A DNA stretch of 64,000 nucleotides from the human T2T-CHM13v2.0 reference genome, Homo sapiens. The stretch lies in the NCBI RefSeq assembly GCF_009914755.1, contig NC_060939.1; one strand, given 5' to 3'. The notes beneath the pieces are model-generated. The model had not been told where the DNA came from. It saw nothing but the letters and a program-made list of their open reading frames with translations, and searched no databases. Positions 1 through 13,602 of this stretch are shown here, piece by piece; position 1 is the stretch's first letter; every line of letters begins with the position of its first letter. A program made the translations under genes and the position numbers.

Positions 1-1818
1 GATATTAGTCCTTTGTCAGATGTATAGATTGTGAAGATTTTCTCCCACTCTGTGGGTTGTCTGTACACTCTGACTGTTCCTTTCGCTCTGCAAAAGCTCT
101 TTAGTTTAATTAAGTCCCAGCTATTTATCTTTATTTTTGTTCCATTTGCTTTTGGGTTCTTGGTCATGAAGTCTTTGCCTAAGCCAATGTCTAGAAGAGT
201 TTTTCCAATGTTATCTTCTAGAATTTTTATAGTTTCAGGTCTTAGATTTAAGTCCTTGATCCACGTTGAGTTGATTTTTGTATAAGGTGAGAGATGAGGA
301 TCCAGTTTCATTCTCCTACACATAGCTTGCCAATTATCCCAACACCATTTGTTGAATAGGGTGTCCTTTCCCCACTTTATGCTTTCGTTTGCTTTGTCGA
401 AGATCAGTTGGCTGTACGTATTTGGCTTTATTTCTGGGTTCTCTGTTCTGTTCCATTGGTCTATGTGCCTATTTTTATAACAGTACCATGCTGTTTTGGT
501 GACTGTGGCCTTATAGTATAGTTTGAAATCAGGTAATGTGATGCCTCCAGATTTGTTCTTTTTGGTTAGTTTTGCTTTGGCTATGTGGGCTCTTTTTTGG
601 TTTCATATGATTTTTAGGATTGTTTTTTCTAGTTTTGTGAAGAATGATGGTGGTATTTTGATGATGGGAATTGCACTGAATTTGTAGACTGCTTTTGGCA
701 GTATGGTTATCTTCACAATATTGATTCTGCCCATCCAAGAGCATGGGATGTGTTTCCATTTGTTTGTGACATCTGTGATTTCTTTCAGCAGTATTTTGTA
801 GTTTTCCTTGTAGAGGTCTTTTACCTTTTTGGTTAGGTATATTTCTAAGTTTTTGTTTTGCAGCTATTATAAAAGGGGTTGAGTTCTTGATTTGATTCTC
901 AGCTTGGTCTCTGTTGGTATATAGCAGAGCTACTGATTTATGTACATTAATTTTGTATCCTGAAACTTTGCTGAATTCATTTATCAGTTCTAGGAGCTTT
1001 TTGGAGGAGTCTTTAGGGTTCTAGGGTTTTCTAGGTATACAATTATATCATCAGCAAACAGTGACAGTTTGACTTCCTCTATACCGATTTGGATGCCCTT
1101 TATTTCTTTCTCTTGTCTGATTGCTTTGGCTAGAACTTCCAGTACTATATTGAATAGAAGTGGTGAGAGTGGGCATCCTTGTCTTGTTCCAGTTCTCAGC
1201 GGAAATGCTTTCAACTTTTGTCGATTCAGTATTATGTTGGCTGTGGGTTTTTCGTAGATGGTTTTTATTACATTGAGGTATGTCCCTTGTATGCCGATTT
1301 TGCTGAGGGTTTTAATCACGAAGGGATGCTGGATTCTGCAAATGCTTTTTCTGTGTCTATTGAGATGATCGTGTAATTTTTGTTTTTAATTCTGTTTATG
1401 TGGTGTATCACATATATTGACTTGCGTATGTTAAACCATCCCTGCATCCCTGGTATAAAACCCACTTGATTGTGGTGGATTATCTTTTTGATATGCTATT
1501 GGATTCATTTAGCTAGTATATTGTCAAGGATTTTTGCATCTATGTTCATCAGGGATATTGGTCTGTAGTTTTCTTTTTTTTCTATGTCCCTTCCTGGTTT
1601 TGGTATTAAGGTGATACTGACTTCATAGAATGATTTAGGGAGGATTCCCTCTTTCTGTATCTTGTAGAATAGTGTCAATAGGATTGGTACCGATTCTTCT
1701 TTGAATGTCTGATAGAATTCAGCTGTGAATCCATGTGGTCCTGGACTTTTTTTTTTTTGGTAATTTTAAAATTACCATTTCAGTCTTGCTGCTTGTTATT
1801 GGTCTGTTCAGGGTTTCT
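1..1818 (-). mobile_element. L1 (old L1PA/L1PB-type) ORF2 fragment, 5'-truncated, continues past window start
   Basis: Minus-strand ORF 990-1319 reads [30 protein letters not shown]...LSLFADD (L1 RT motifs); frameshifted, e.g. 8-bp duplication ctagggtt near 1013-1030. Confidence 0.95.
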
Positions 1819-1834
1819 CTGAAGACTTTTTATA

Positions 1835-2220
1835 TTGTATTATGCTAACACTAGTTTGTGTCTCAAAAAAAAAAAAAACAAAACATAAAACCGAAATGCA
1901 GTAAAATAGGATTTCCTCACTCCTGCCACAGTCCAGGGAGAATATTCCAAGAAGATAGGTGGTTCTAATGCATAGAGTCTCTCAGGGGTCTAGGCTGATG
2001 GCAGCTCTGCCATCTTCATCATATGGCTTCCTAGTTGTTGCCACTCCAGCCAGCAGGAAGGGGAGAAAGAACAAACATTTAGGTTAGATATTTCCTCTTA
2101 CACCCGCAAGGTGGAAATGACACACACATTCCAGGGATGAGCGCTCAAACAGCCACACCTAGTAGCAAAGCAACTTGGGAAGTACAACCTCTAGCTAGGC
2201 AGCTGCTATCCAGTTGTAAT
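1835..2220. mobile_element. Degenerate old MaLR (MLT1-type) LTR fragment
   Basis: Motif ...ctaggctgatggcagctctgccatctt... resembles old MLT1 LTRs; boundaries approximate. Confidence 0.4.
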
Positions 2221-2223
2221 GGC

Positions 2224-2577
2224 ATCTTAGTTTGTTTGGGCTGCTGTAACAAAATACCTTAGACTGGGTAGCTTTTACTTACAGTCTGGAGGCTGAGATG
2301 TCTAAAATCAAGGTGCCAGCAGAACTGGTGCCTGGTAGAGGCCATTCCTCATAGATGACACCTTCTAGCTGTGTCCTCACATGGCAGAAGGGGCAAACAA
2401 GCTCCCACAGGTCCCTTTTATAAGGGCACAAATCCTACTCATGACCTAATTACCCCCAAGTCACTAATTCTCATGACCTAATCACCTCCTAAAGGTCCCA
2501 GCCCTTAATACTATTGCATTGGAGATTAAGTTTCAACAGATGAGTTTTGGGGGAACACACACATTCAGGCCATAGCA
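2224..2577 (-). mobile_element. MLT1A-like MaLR solo LTR
   Basis: tttgggctgctgtaacaaaatacc...acacattcaggccatagca is the reverse complement of MLT1A-type termini. Confidence 0.8.
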
Positions 2578-2924
2578 AATAGGAAATACACTGCATGTAC
2601 CAGTCCATAACAATGATGGACTCCTGCTGGGCAGAAATTTCAAGGACCCCCTACCCTGGCAGTGAAGAAAGTGTCTTGATTAGACCCTGGTTCTGCTCTC
2701 TGGATTTTGGATCAGGGAGACTCTTTTGTCTTTTATTCTGTGGGCTCCTAGATTTGCTCTCTGAGAAATGTGTCTTCCAAGACCACATTGTAAGTGGGCT
2801 TTGGAGGGCTACCTTCTTTGACATCTGTACTTATTGCTGCTCAGGGACCTTGTGGGTTCCTTACAGTTTAGTAGACACAGATGTCTTCAGGCTAGGCTTA
2901 TGCTTCTTTTCACAACTTGATTTC

Positions 2925-3198
2925 CTTTTTTTTTTGAGATAGTCTTGCCCTGTTGCCCAGGCTGGAGTGCAGTGGTGGGATCTCGGCCCACTGCAACCTC
3001 CGCTTCCCAGGTTCAAGCAATTCTTGTGCCTCACTCTCCTAAGTAGCTGAGATTATAGGCATGCACCACCACGCCTGGCCAATTTTTGTATTTTTAGTAG
3101 AGATGGGGCTTCACCATGTTGGCCAGGCTGGTCTTGAACTCCTGACCTTGAGTGATCCACCTGCCTCAGCCTCCCAAACTGCTGTCACCACACTGGCC
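2925..3198 (-). mobile_element. AluS with ~16-bp deletion near its 5' end
   Basis: Alu body with poly-T; TSD acaacttgatttc at 2912-2924 and 3199-3211. Confidence 0.95.
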
Positions 3199-3704
3199 AC
3201 AACTTGATTTCTTAAAAAACGTAATGAGCTTCTGATCTATATACCTCCAGGCAGTTCCATGTGCCTGTAAACACATTCAAAGTTCTTTCTTAGATATAGC
3301 TCTTAAGACTTTCATTTCTTTCCTTCCTTGTCTTACCCATGCTTCGCTTTCTTAACTTACAGAGGCTACCTTGAGACCACCTGAAACAGCAGATTTGAGT
3401 AGGAAGGTGACACCTTTCGTTGCGTCTTTGCCACACAGCTGAGTTCCTTTAGTTTAGGGAGGTCTCTGAGAATGATTTGGAAGAGCAATCTGCTTATCTT
3501 GTTTTCTTTGGGGTACAGAAACAGTTTGCTTTTCCAATGCATTAGGAACCAACCTCTGCTCTTTCTTTTATCTTTGCTTGTAGACTGGGCAACTTTTGTC
3601 TTTCTTATAGTAACTTGCTACACACACCAAGGTTTAGCTAACATCCAACCTTCTGGCTTTATTCACCTTCTTTCTTTAGAGCTACTGGTATATGGTCTGC
3701 TTTA

Positions 3705-4080
<376 letters not shown>

Positions 4081-4399
4081 AGCTAGGTATAAGCAAATTA
4101 ACTAAAAATTTTGACAGTGAGTTCAACCTCAGCCTCCCTCCTTCAATGCCAGTATATTATATTTGAGGAAATGAGAACCCAGGACCCCAGGGCTCAGTCC
4201 TTGCCCCACTGTCTCTATCTTTCCAGCTTGCACCCGAGTAGTTCTTAGAGACAGGACCTCAGGTCAAGCTCCCAAGACACCATTCTCTCATTTGCCACCA
4301 AAGAGAACTCAACTTTCCTTTGATTTGAGCTCACAGACTGGCAGTGTAGAGAGTGTTAAGCCTTATAAAAATGAAAAGGTATTTGAATTAAAGTATCCC

Positions 4400-4730
4400 T
4401 TAAGGTCATAGGGACCTAGCCTTTGAGGGCCAACAGTATGCCAGGAGTTATTATTTGGTGCTTTGTAGACATAGACATAACTCATTTCATCCTCATAACC
4501 GTACTCCAAGGAAGTGATAATAAAAAAAAGTAACAAATAATAAGATAATGACAATAGCAACTACACTTATTGGCTACTTACTATGGGTTAGATATTGTAT
4601 AAATACTTTGTATACATCTCTAGTACTATTTTTAGTCCCCATTTTACAGATGAGTAAGTAGAGGCTCTGAGAGGTTAAGTGAGATCTTCTCAAGATCACA
4701 GAGCCAGGAAGTAGCAGAGCTGGGTACTTT
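4400..4730. mobile_element. MIR fragments
   Basis: cccattttacagatgag...gagaggttaagtga...caagatcacagagc MIR core. Confidence 0.7.
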
Positions 4731-7700
4731 ACCTTATAGATATTTCATGTTATATCATTAAGAAGGAATACTAGGGGAATGTTATGAAATGGCCAAGAGC
4801 ATTGGGAATGATTTATTTCCAAGATTCATGATTACAGGGAATCTGTGGTCAGCAGGTGGTTGCACAGGGAGCCCACTAAATGCATCTGACTTGGAAGGGA
4901 AAAACAGAGGACAGTGAGGTCTTTGGCTTCCTCATTGAGGCCATGCATGTCAGTGCTTTGTCCCCTCTTTCTTGGCCAGTAGCTGGGTCCCTAGACAGAT
5001 TAAGTTCCTAGAAGGGCGATGTACAGAGATCACAGACGTGCAGAAGCTGGCTTTTAAGAAGGCTCAGTGTCCCATATTCTCCACTGCAGCAAACTCTACT
5101 GTGTGCCACTGTGTGTCTTTTGCCTGTGCCTGTCCCAGGCTGCTTCTTCTAAGTTTCCCTCGGTAGTAGCTTCAAGTTCCCGTCTCACACACCCAGCATT
5201 GGGCTTCCTTGATTTGTGGGTGGAATTTGCCAGTGTAAAGGGGGTCCTGTACTGTTTGTTTCTGAGGCACAGTTTCAAAAGAAAATGACATTTATAGCCT
5301 GCATTAATGGGAAATTACTTTCCATTAGGATTCTGAATGATTTGCACATAATGTTTATAAAGTGAAGGAAAAATGTCAAGCATTTCACTAACAAATGAAA
5401 GCAAAGCTCATGAGACTCTGCCAGAAATGAATTCCAAGAACATTTTCTTCATCATTTCTTCTTTCTAAAGAAAAAAAGAGAGAGATGAAAGAACATAAGT
5501 CAATTAAGCAGAATGCATCGTGGGACTGAGATGGAATCTTTGATAATATCATTGCTAGGTAGTTAAGAGAATGAATAAAGTGAGCCAAAATGGAGAAAGG
5601 GGAGAATCACATCTTGAAATGACAGATTGCAGACAAAATCCAACTCTAGGTCCTGGCTGGGAGAAACGAGTGCCTGTCCAAGCCCGCGAGTGTGGGGTCA
5701 TGCTGTTTCATCAGTGTAAGCTGCCCCTCTGTCCCCAAAGAGAAAAGGAGGCCAAGAAACATCCTTGAGTTGAAACATGTGCCTGTGTAGCTCCCAGAAA
5801 ACCACTGATGTTGAAGAAAATAGTGTAGGAATTTGTGACCCATGCTCAAGTATCTTCCCCACTTGTGGGGAATTTGTATCAGGTCCCAGGTTGTCACCTC
5901 CTGAATTATATATTTAAAGACTAGAGGACAAAGTGTATTTTATCAACTCATTTTTTATGAAGTTTTTTTTTTTCTTGCTGAAACTCTTAAAAGGGGTACC
6001 ACTTTGTGTAATCACAACTAAGGGTTAATATGCCCCAAACTGGGACCTGCTTTAAACATATAGGAGGCTGAAATTAGTTAACAAATATGTATTCCAAATG
6101 TGTGCTACAGGCACATCAGAGTGAGTTGAAATAAATCTCCCAAGTGGCTTGTATTAAGACCTTCTAATTCTCTAGGTATAAAAGAGACTTTTATAAATTT
6201 CTTCACACTTCTAAGGCAGCTTGGAAATAATTTCTAGAGCCTAAATCCTTCCCCTCATTGGCACAAAATGTCTAGGATTACATTAGAAAATAAACATTTA
6301 TTCAAAAGTGAAATGTGAAGTTTGAAAATTAAAGATGAACACTTTGCAAATAGAAATATATGCAATTTTTTTAACCTACATTTCCGAAGAGGAAATTAAA
6401 ATTTCACAGAACAGTGACAATGGTGATTGTTCGGTCAGCAGGTTGTTTCTTACATTTCTCTTCTTTCCTTCCTCCTCTTTTCTTCTATTCCCCTTCTCCA
6501 CTAATAGCCTTCCCCCCAGATCCATTTCTATATATTATAAGTAGTGCTTCAGAGTCAGAGTTATTGACAAGAGAGAAATAAATAAGGAAACAAGAGTCCC
6601 ATGTTATAGTTCAGATTCTGGAACTTCTTAGTTGTATGAGTTGGGGTGAGTTTCTTAGCACCTCTAGACCGATTTGAACTTGTTCCTAGAGGAAGTGATT
6701 GGACTTAATACATTCCAAGGTACTTTCTAGCTCTAAATTCTGTGGCTGTAGTAGTTGTCTTTTGTGAGTACTTAGCATTCTTAATAATTTGAAATGTGGA
6801 CAGGTTGAACATTTAAATATTTTCTATATTTTAAAAAATGTTTTAAAAATTAAAGTGTGAAATATGATTATTATTGTTGATCAGTAGCCATTGGTGCGGT
6901 GAACAGGAAGAGTCTCTCTCTTATTTTCCAATTTGAAGGAAGATTTAGAGAGGGAAGTTTTCCTCACTGCAGGGAATGGTTTTCTGTAATTATTCTGAAC
7001 AGTCTGTAAAAAGAGTTTTGAAAAGCCGTAAGACATAAATTCTAACTTAGTTGTGGGAATTTTGACTTTGCTGAAATGATCTCAAGTGCTGCATATTTTC
7101 AAATCTTAACATATACTCTATAATGATACATTTGATCCATAAGCTAAAATGTAAAATACCATCATCTAAATATTAATTTATGTACTTGTTTTAAAAAATA
7201 CGGTAGAAGTCAGTTGTTTCCTGGGATTACAAACCAGGCAACAGTGATGTTGCACCATCCAGAGGACTCTGAGTCCATATGAATGACAGCCCCTAGAGTT
7301 GTCCAGTGGATGTGGCTGCAAGTGCAAACTTGAATGCCAGATTTTAGGAATGAGAGACATAGGAAAAGTGTAAGAAAATAGTGCAAGGCTGGTGATAAAT
7401 GGCTGACTCTAAGCTTCCAAGTCAGGATCATGACAGAGGGAGGTGTGTCTTCAACAACTAGAAAACACTTGTTCTTTCTGAAGGGGGTGGCCGATAGTCT
7501 ACGGCAAGCGCCCCTTGCCTGAGAATGTGAGCCCATCATAGCTAGCCTTTCTGATTTTTCAAGAGAAGCCAGAAACCCTATGTTTATGTGACATCTCCTG
7601 ACTTTTAGATGTTGGCAACTAATCCACATTGTAAAAAAGCAAGGAGCAGGCCAGACGAGGTATCATCTGCAAGCTGATCACTATGCCAATGGCCAGAAAG

Positions 7701-7756
7701 CCAACTCTAATTAAGGCAGCTGTTTGCATTTCCATTTTCCAGAACTCAGAGTGGCA

Positions 7757-7803
<47 letters not shown>

Positions 7804-7826
7804 AAACAACAACAACAAAAAAAACA
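7757..7826. repeat. (AAT)n microsatellite followed by (AAC)n
   Basis: About 15 AAT units read directly, then caacaacaac. Confidence 0.95.
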
Positions 7827-10176
7827 ACCCACACACATTGGACCTGGTTGCAATAGAGGGGTCACCTGCCAGAAAGTTTATTTTGATAAATAAATGGCCC
7901 GCAGGTTTTGAGGTATCTGCAAAAGTCATCACAATAGACAAGTCATTGTTTTGTAAGGTGGGGGAGGGCAAAACTTTATTAGTTAAACCCATCTAATATA
8001 ACCCGAGTAAATTGAGGAAGATTGGCATTAAGGTTAACATAAATCACACATGCTTATTTTTACAGATTTCAATGATTAAGCTTGAGTTCCATTGACAAGT
8101 AATTTCAATAAATCACATCTCCTGTGGATAAATACAGGGCTGTTATTTCTAGAAAGACAGCAGTTCATTGACTTTTACTAGATTTTACTTAGTAGTGCAC
8201 AACTTAACCCTCATAGACCAACACTTCAAATTTCCAGATAAGGAAATCAGGACCCAAAGATGACCTAATCCATAGCAAAGATGCAGGGATCTGAAGCTTC
8301 TGTCCAGTGCGCTCTTACCCATGGACAAAAACAATATGTTAGAGATGTTGAACTAGATAGTGTCTGTGGTATCTATCAGCATTAGACACCAGTGTTGTAT
8401 CTGGGTCAGATAGAGAGAAAGTATGTGCTTCAAATGAATTCTGCTATAAGAATTTGAGATTATAAATGGGAAAAAAGAAACTTTTGAAGGGAGTTTAAAC
8501 CAGATATGCTTGTTTGAACTCAGAGGAGATGGTATCTCACAGATTGAGCACGGTGCCTGGCTCCATGCTCCTGGCTCCATGCTTTCAAACACTCGGTGAG
8601 AGTTTGAAAATGAATTGGAACCAGAAATAAACCTGAAAGTTCCAAATTGGGTTTCTACCCGCCCCCCACTCCCCCCGCCCGCCCATGGTAGGAGATGAAC
8701 TGTCTAGTCTGATGGTGCAGGTACAGTCAAACCTCAGGGTAACCTGGGTTCTGGGATCGAAGCTTCTAGGAGACTTGGGGTCCCATTCCTGACTGGGGCA
8801 TGGACTCCCCTCATCAATGGTTACCTTCCTCTCTGTTCATCAGCTGCTCTACAAGTGGTGTAAGTAATAAGGGAACATGTTTGGATTTCCTGACTTCAGG
8901 CCAGGAAGTGAGCGGAATATAAGCCCACCCAGCCCAAAGGGGTGTTAACCTGCCTTGCTGGAAAGTGGGCTTTGGAGTCAGAGGGAAGCCCAGATCCTGG
9001 CTCAGTTCATACCTTTGGGTCTCAATTTCGTCATCTGACGAGTGCGGATTCTCATTGCTACCTCACAGGATTATTCTAAGGATTAAATTAGATCTTGTGA
9101 ATTAGGGGTGCTGGGAAAGGGACTCGGTACAGAGTAGGAGCCCACAATGCAGCGCTGTTAATGTTACATAATCGGTTATCTGATTTCCCAGCCTACAGCA
9201 GACTGGAACCAGCAGATTAGGAAGGCCCAAGGGACTGCTTCGGGAAGGCCATTGACAGCAGGAAAAAGTGACAGGTCGCAGCCAGACTACAAGGGAGGCA
9301 AGAGAAAAACTATAAAAAGCAGGAACAAAAACACTCAAAAGACACAGCAGTCTGGGGGATTTACTAAAAGACAAAGAGCCCTACTCAGGTCAGTAGCTTC
9401 TGGGAGACTCCATACCTTGTACCCCAACAGGGACTTATGTTGACAGCGTTGTATGAATTACTTCTCTCTCCATCCCCTTTGCCCCTTGAAATAACTATGG
9501 GGGTGGGGTCATAGTTTGCCTTTCAGTGGGGATGCTCTGACCGAATGCTTCCAGGTCATGAAGTTCCCAAAGTCAAGGCCAGCAAAGGAGCAAGCACAGT
9601 GGGCTCCTTCGGTGGTCTGAAAAGAACCCAAGTTCCACAAAAGAGCTGTGAGTTTTAGTGCAACAGAGAGAAGGATGCCCCTTGCGCCACTGACCACTCT
9701 TTCCACCTTCACCTCCCTTAAAGTCAGGGTTAGAGATGGAGCCCTGGAGAACAGGCTTCCAGATCCTGGCATGTGGGAGAGAGAGAGAGAGAAAATGAGA
9801 AGGCCAGGCTGCAGACACGCCAGTCCCTTCTGATGCCATCTCTACTCTGGTGTCTAATCCACCACCTGGAGTGGGCACTGTTTTTAACTGAAGCCTGAGC
9901 TGCTCACTTTGAAGCTGGAACTCAGGCTGAAGAAGGCAGGACAGAGACTAAGTGCCTGGAAGTTATCCCTCAAGTGCGACAGGCAAGGCTAGGTGGGACC
10001 TGGACAGACCTTCCTGGGGATCTGCGTAGGATTTAGGTAGAGAATGCTCTTAGAGAGCCTTCAAAGGCCTGGGAGCATCCTGAGGTATGCTGAGCTGAGG
10101 ACCCAAAGGCTCATTCCAAGCCCAGCTGATGGGCCACCCCATTGAATGGGATTGGCTCAGAAATGGTGTGGGAGAA

Positions 10177-10498
10177 GGCTGGGCGTGGTAGCTCATGCCT
10201 GTAATTCCATCACTTTGAGAGGCCAAAGCAGGAGGATCACTTAAGCCCTGAAGTTTGAGACCAGCCTGGGCAACATAGTGAGACCCCACCTCTATAGAAA
10301 ATACCAAAATTATCCGGGCATGATGGTGCCTGTAGTCCCAGGTACTCAGGAGGCTAAGGTGGAAGGATTGCTTGAGCCCAGGAGGTCAAGGCTGCAGGCC
10401 AATAGCAGGGCACTGTACTGCAGCTCGAGGAACAGAGCAAGACAGTCTCAAAAAAGAAAAAAGGAAAAGGAAAAGAGAAAAGAAAGAAAAAGAAAAAG
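10177..10498 (+). mobile_element. AluJ-type element
   Basis: gggcaacatagtgagacccc and ggattgcttgagcccaggagg AluJ diagnostics; (GAAAA)n tail. Confidence 0.9.
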
Positions 10499-10896
10499 AG
10501 TGGGGATAAGACCACAAACTAACAATTTTCAGGGGGTATATTGCATAGGGATCAAGAACGTGGACTCTCTACCTGGCCCAAGGTCAAGTCTCAGTGTTGT
10601 GGCTTAATTGTGTTAAATTTGTGTCCTCAATTTCTCCATCCCTCACATTGGGGGAAATAGTGGTACCTACTCATAGGATTTCTCTGGGAATTAAATCCAT
10701 AAATCCACTAATATCTCTGAGACACTTAAAATATTGTCCTGGCACATGGTAAACACTAACACCTGAGAGTTATTATTTCGTCCCTGTAGCTGAGTAGGGC
10801 TGAGGAATTGTAGGATTGGACCGCCTCTACCTTAATAAAATGTGCTCAGCATTTCTGCATATGCAAGTAACCCTTTGCAGCAGCAGGGACTTCAGC

Positions 10897-10980
10897 CAAA
10901 AAAAAAATATATATATATATATATAATATGTATGTGTGTGTGTATAAATGTATGTGTGTGTGTCTATATATATATATAGA
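10897..10980. repeat. A-run/(TA)n/(TG)n compound microsatellite
   Basis: Read directly. Confidence 0.9.
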
Positions 10981-13547
10981 GACAAAATAAGTGGAGTTGG
11001 GGGAGGGGCACCGCAAATAATGTTCCTGCTGTTAAAATAAGAGGGACTGAACCATATTAATGCCAAGGGGGAAGTTCAGTTTATTTCAGGGGGGACGTGG
11101 TTTTCCTACCTCCTACTGTGTTACTGATACAGTACTTACTGACCAGCCGTCTTAAACTCTTGTGGTAGGGTCTCTCTCTCTCTCTCTCTCTTTCTCTTTT
11201 TCCTAATGGTGTGGAACAGAGCTTGAATAATAAATATTTAACAGGGACACTCCCTTTTCTCTGTTAAAATAATCTTTGTTTCAATACTTTAACAAGGAAG
11301 ACTGTGTTTTCCCACCTCTGCTCTCACGTTTCGTTGAAGCCAGGTCTCAGGAGTAAGAGAAAATCAACACAAGGCCACTTGGGGAGGGCAGTGCTGGCTG
11401 AAGCCGTCTCACTGGACAGCCCAGGGTCAGGGGTTTCAGCCGCCTGTTCAAGGACACCGAGATCCACAGCAGCCACCTGGGAGCTCCTACACAACTATGC
11501 CCAGCGATTCCAGGTGCCAGCTACTGAATGTGAGAGAGCAAGGAGGTGGAGGTGGATGAGGAACTGCCAGCTGCAGGACCACAGGGGCAAGGGGAAGGGG
11601 TTGTCAACAGGGATGGGACGCTGGGTAGGATCAGTCTTTTCTTACGAGACGTTTTCAGCTGAGGTGCTGGCTTCTGATGGTGGGAAACCAAGCATTCAGG
11701 TCCCTTGGAGAGGCTTATATCTAACAGTTGGAAAGCCTCCATTGAGGAAATCCAGCCCATTCTGCCTGGACTTTGGGGCTCCATCCATGGTGACTTTTGT
11801 GTCAAGGGAAAATTCACACACTGTCCCTCAGGCGGGCAGCAACTTAATTTCTCTTTAGCTGAACTGAACTTGCTTGCAAGCCTCTATGTAGACCAATGGC
11901 GGAAACAACTTAATCTTTTTTCCATTTCTGTTGTTGACCAAAAAAAAAAAAAAAGCTTTAAAATCTTTTTTCCATTTCTTCTAATGGTGGAAAAAAGCAT
12001 AATCTTGCCATTTCAAGGTAGCTCAGTCTCTTCCAATAGAAAGCATAGACTATCCGTTTATGACTTAGGCGATTCCAGATTTAAACACAGTCAATTCAGA
12101 GTAGAAATTCCCTATCAGGGCTGTTGGTTTTTCTTGAAGGTTCTCTCCTCCCCCTGGTCCAGTCCTAAGATGTTGCCTAGATGTGAGGGGGGTTTACAGA
12201 ACATCATGGTGGCAGGTAGGGAGGCTCACTTCCACAGCTGAGGTGACTCGTCACAGGAGGCCTGGGGCCTGGGCCAGGATCTGTGCTGACATCTGTGGCT
12301 TAGGCCTCCCTCTCTGGGTTGCTGAATCTCTGTATTTGGAGCCGTGTGTCACTGCCCCCAGGCAGCCTCTGGCCTCAGTGGCCCCTCAGCACTTCCTGCT
12401 GGGGACTTGAGGGAATTTGTTCACAGTTCACAGGGAGCGACCAGCCTTCAGGCCCCATCTGTACTTAGTGACACCACATGGTTTCCACTGGGCTCCAGCC
12501 CCCGTGTTAGTCCAGAGAACTTTGACAGCTGCCTTCTCCCGGGATTTCTGTGGAAAGTGGAGTCTAAGACCCCCTTCCCCAGGGTGGCATCCAAGGAGCA
12601 TTTCAATTTTCTTGCTCACCCTCTTCTCACTGCAGGCCCCTTCCCTGCTTCCCTGCCTCCAGGAAGAGCTTGTATCTCTTCTCTGGATGGCAGGAAACAG
12701 CTCCTCCCTCTCCATGGCTTGTAATCAAAATGCTAGGCTCTGAGTTCTTCAAGCTCTAGTTCTTGGAACCCAGAAGTTTCTCTCTCTCTCTCGCTCTTAA
12801 ATCTTATAAAAGCCTACCTGGCTCTAGCATGAAAGCCTAAAAGCCTTGGCTTTCACAATGTTTCACAACTGAAATGGTATTATTTGGGAATTTAAAAGCT
12901 AAACATTGACTGCTTTGTTCATGTCTGGGTTCCACCCTCCTCCTCAAGTAAGGGAGGCAAGCCCCAGCTCCTTGGGTTGAGGGCCCCAGGCAACAGAAAT
13001 GACCCAGAATGAAAAATGCATTGATACTTCAGAATATCGTCCGGCTGCATGTATAATTCAGGGCAGCCAGTCTGAGCTCTGGTTGGGGTGGATTTACCAA
13101 CTGCCTACTTAGCAAGTGCCAATTGCTCTTAGTGTTGTAGCCAGCCCAGTGGTGGCTGGAGGGCCAGGTGCACTTGTACTGCCTGAGTCAGGGAGTTCTT
13201 GAACAGGGTCTTTCTACTCAGTGGTCTCTGGAGAGATGCCCTGCCTTGGGTTTAGGTGCTGATGGAGTGTGATATGAGTGCTGGTCTCTTTCCAGCTCTC
13301 AGAATATCAAAGTGGGCAATGTGGCAGTGGTTCCTTGCCAAGAATGAATGACATGAGAAGTGAGTAATGCAGCTTTTCCATGATTTGTTCTGTGTGTGTG
13401 TGCAGCAAGAACCCAGGTTTACACATGGAGGTGGTGGCCTGGTTTACACATGGAGGTGGTGCATACACTTGGACAAATGTATGCTTGCCACTAAGCATTT
13501 TGGTCATTGCAGGTGGCTTATAGAGTAAATGGGAGGGAAATATATAA

Positions 13548-13602
<55 letters not shown>
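13548..13602. repeat. (ATCT)n tetranucleotide STR, ~13.7 perfect units
   Basis: Read directly. Confidence 0.97.

Noticed and set aside
7503-7521. CTCF-like motif / short hairpin ggcaagcgccccttgcc
   Set aside because: Mismatches at core positions; cannot be supported from sequence alone.
7619-7996. Poly-Asn/Ile/Leu ORFs
   Set aside because: Translation of the (AAT)n microsatellite.
11304-12743. Several 100-185 aa ORFs in unique intronic sequence
   Set aside because: No recognisable domain or convincing exon structure; consistent with chance in moderately GC-rich DNA.
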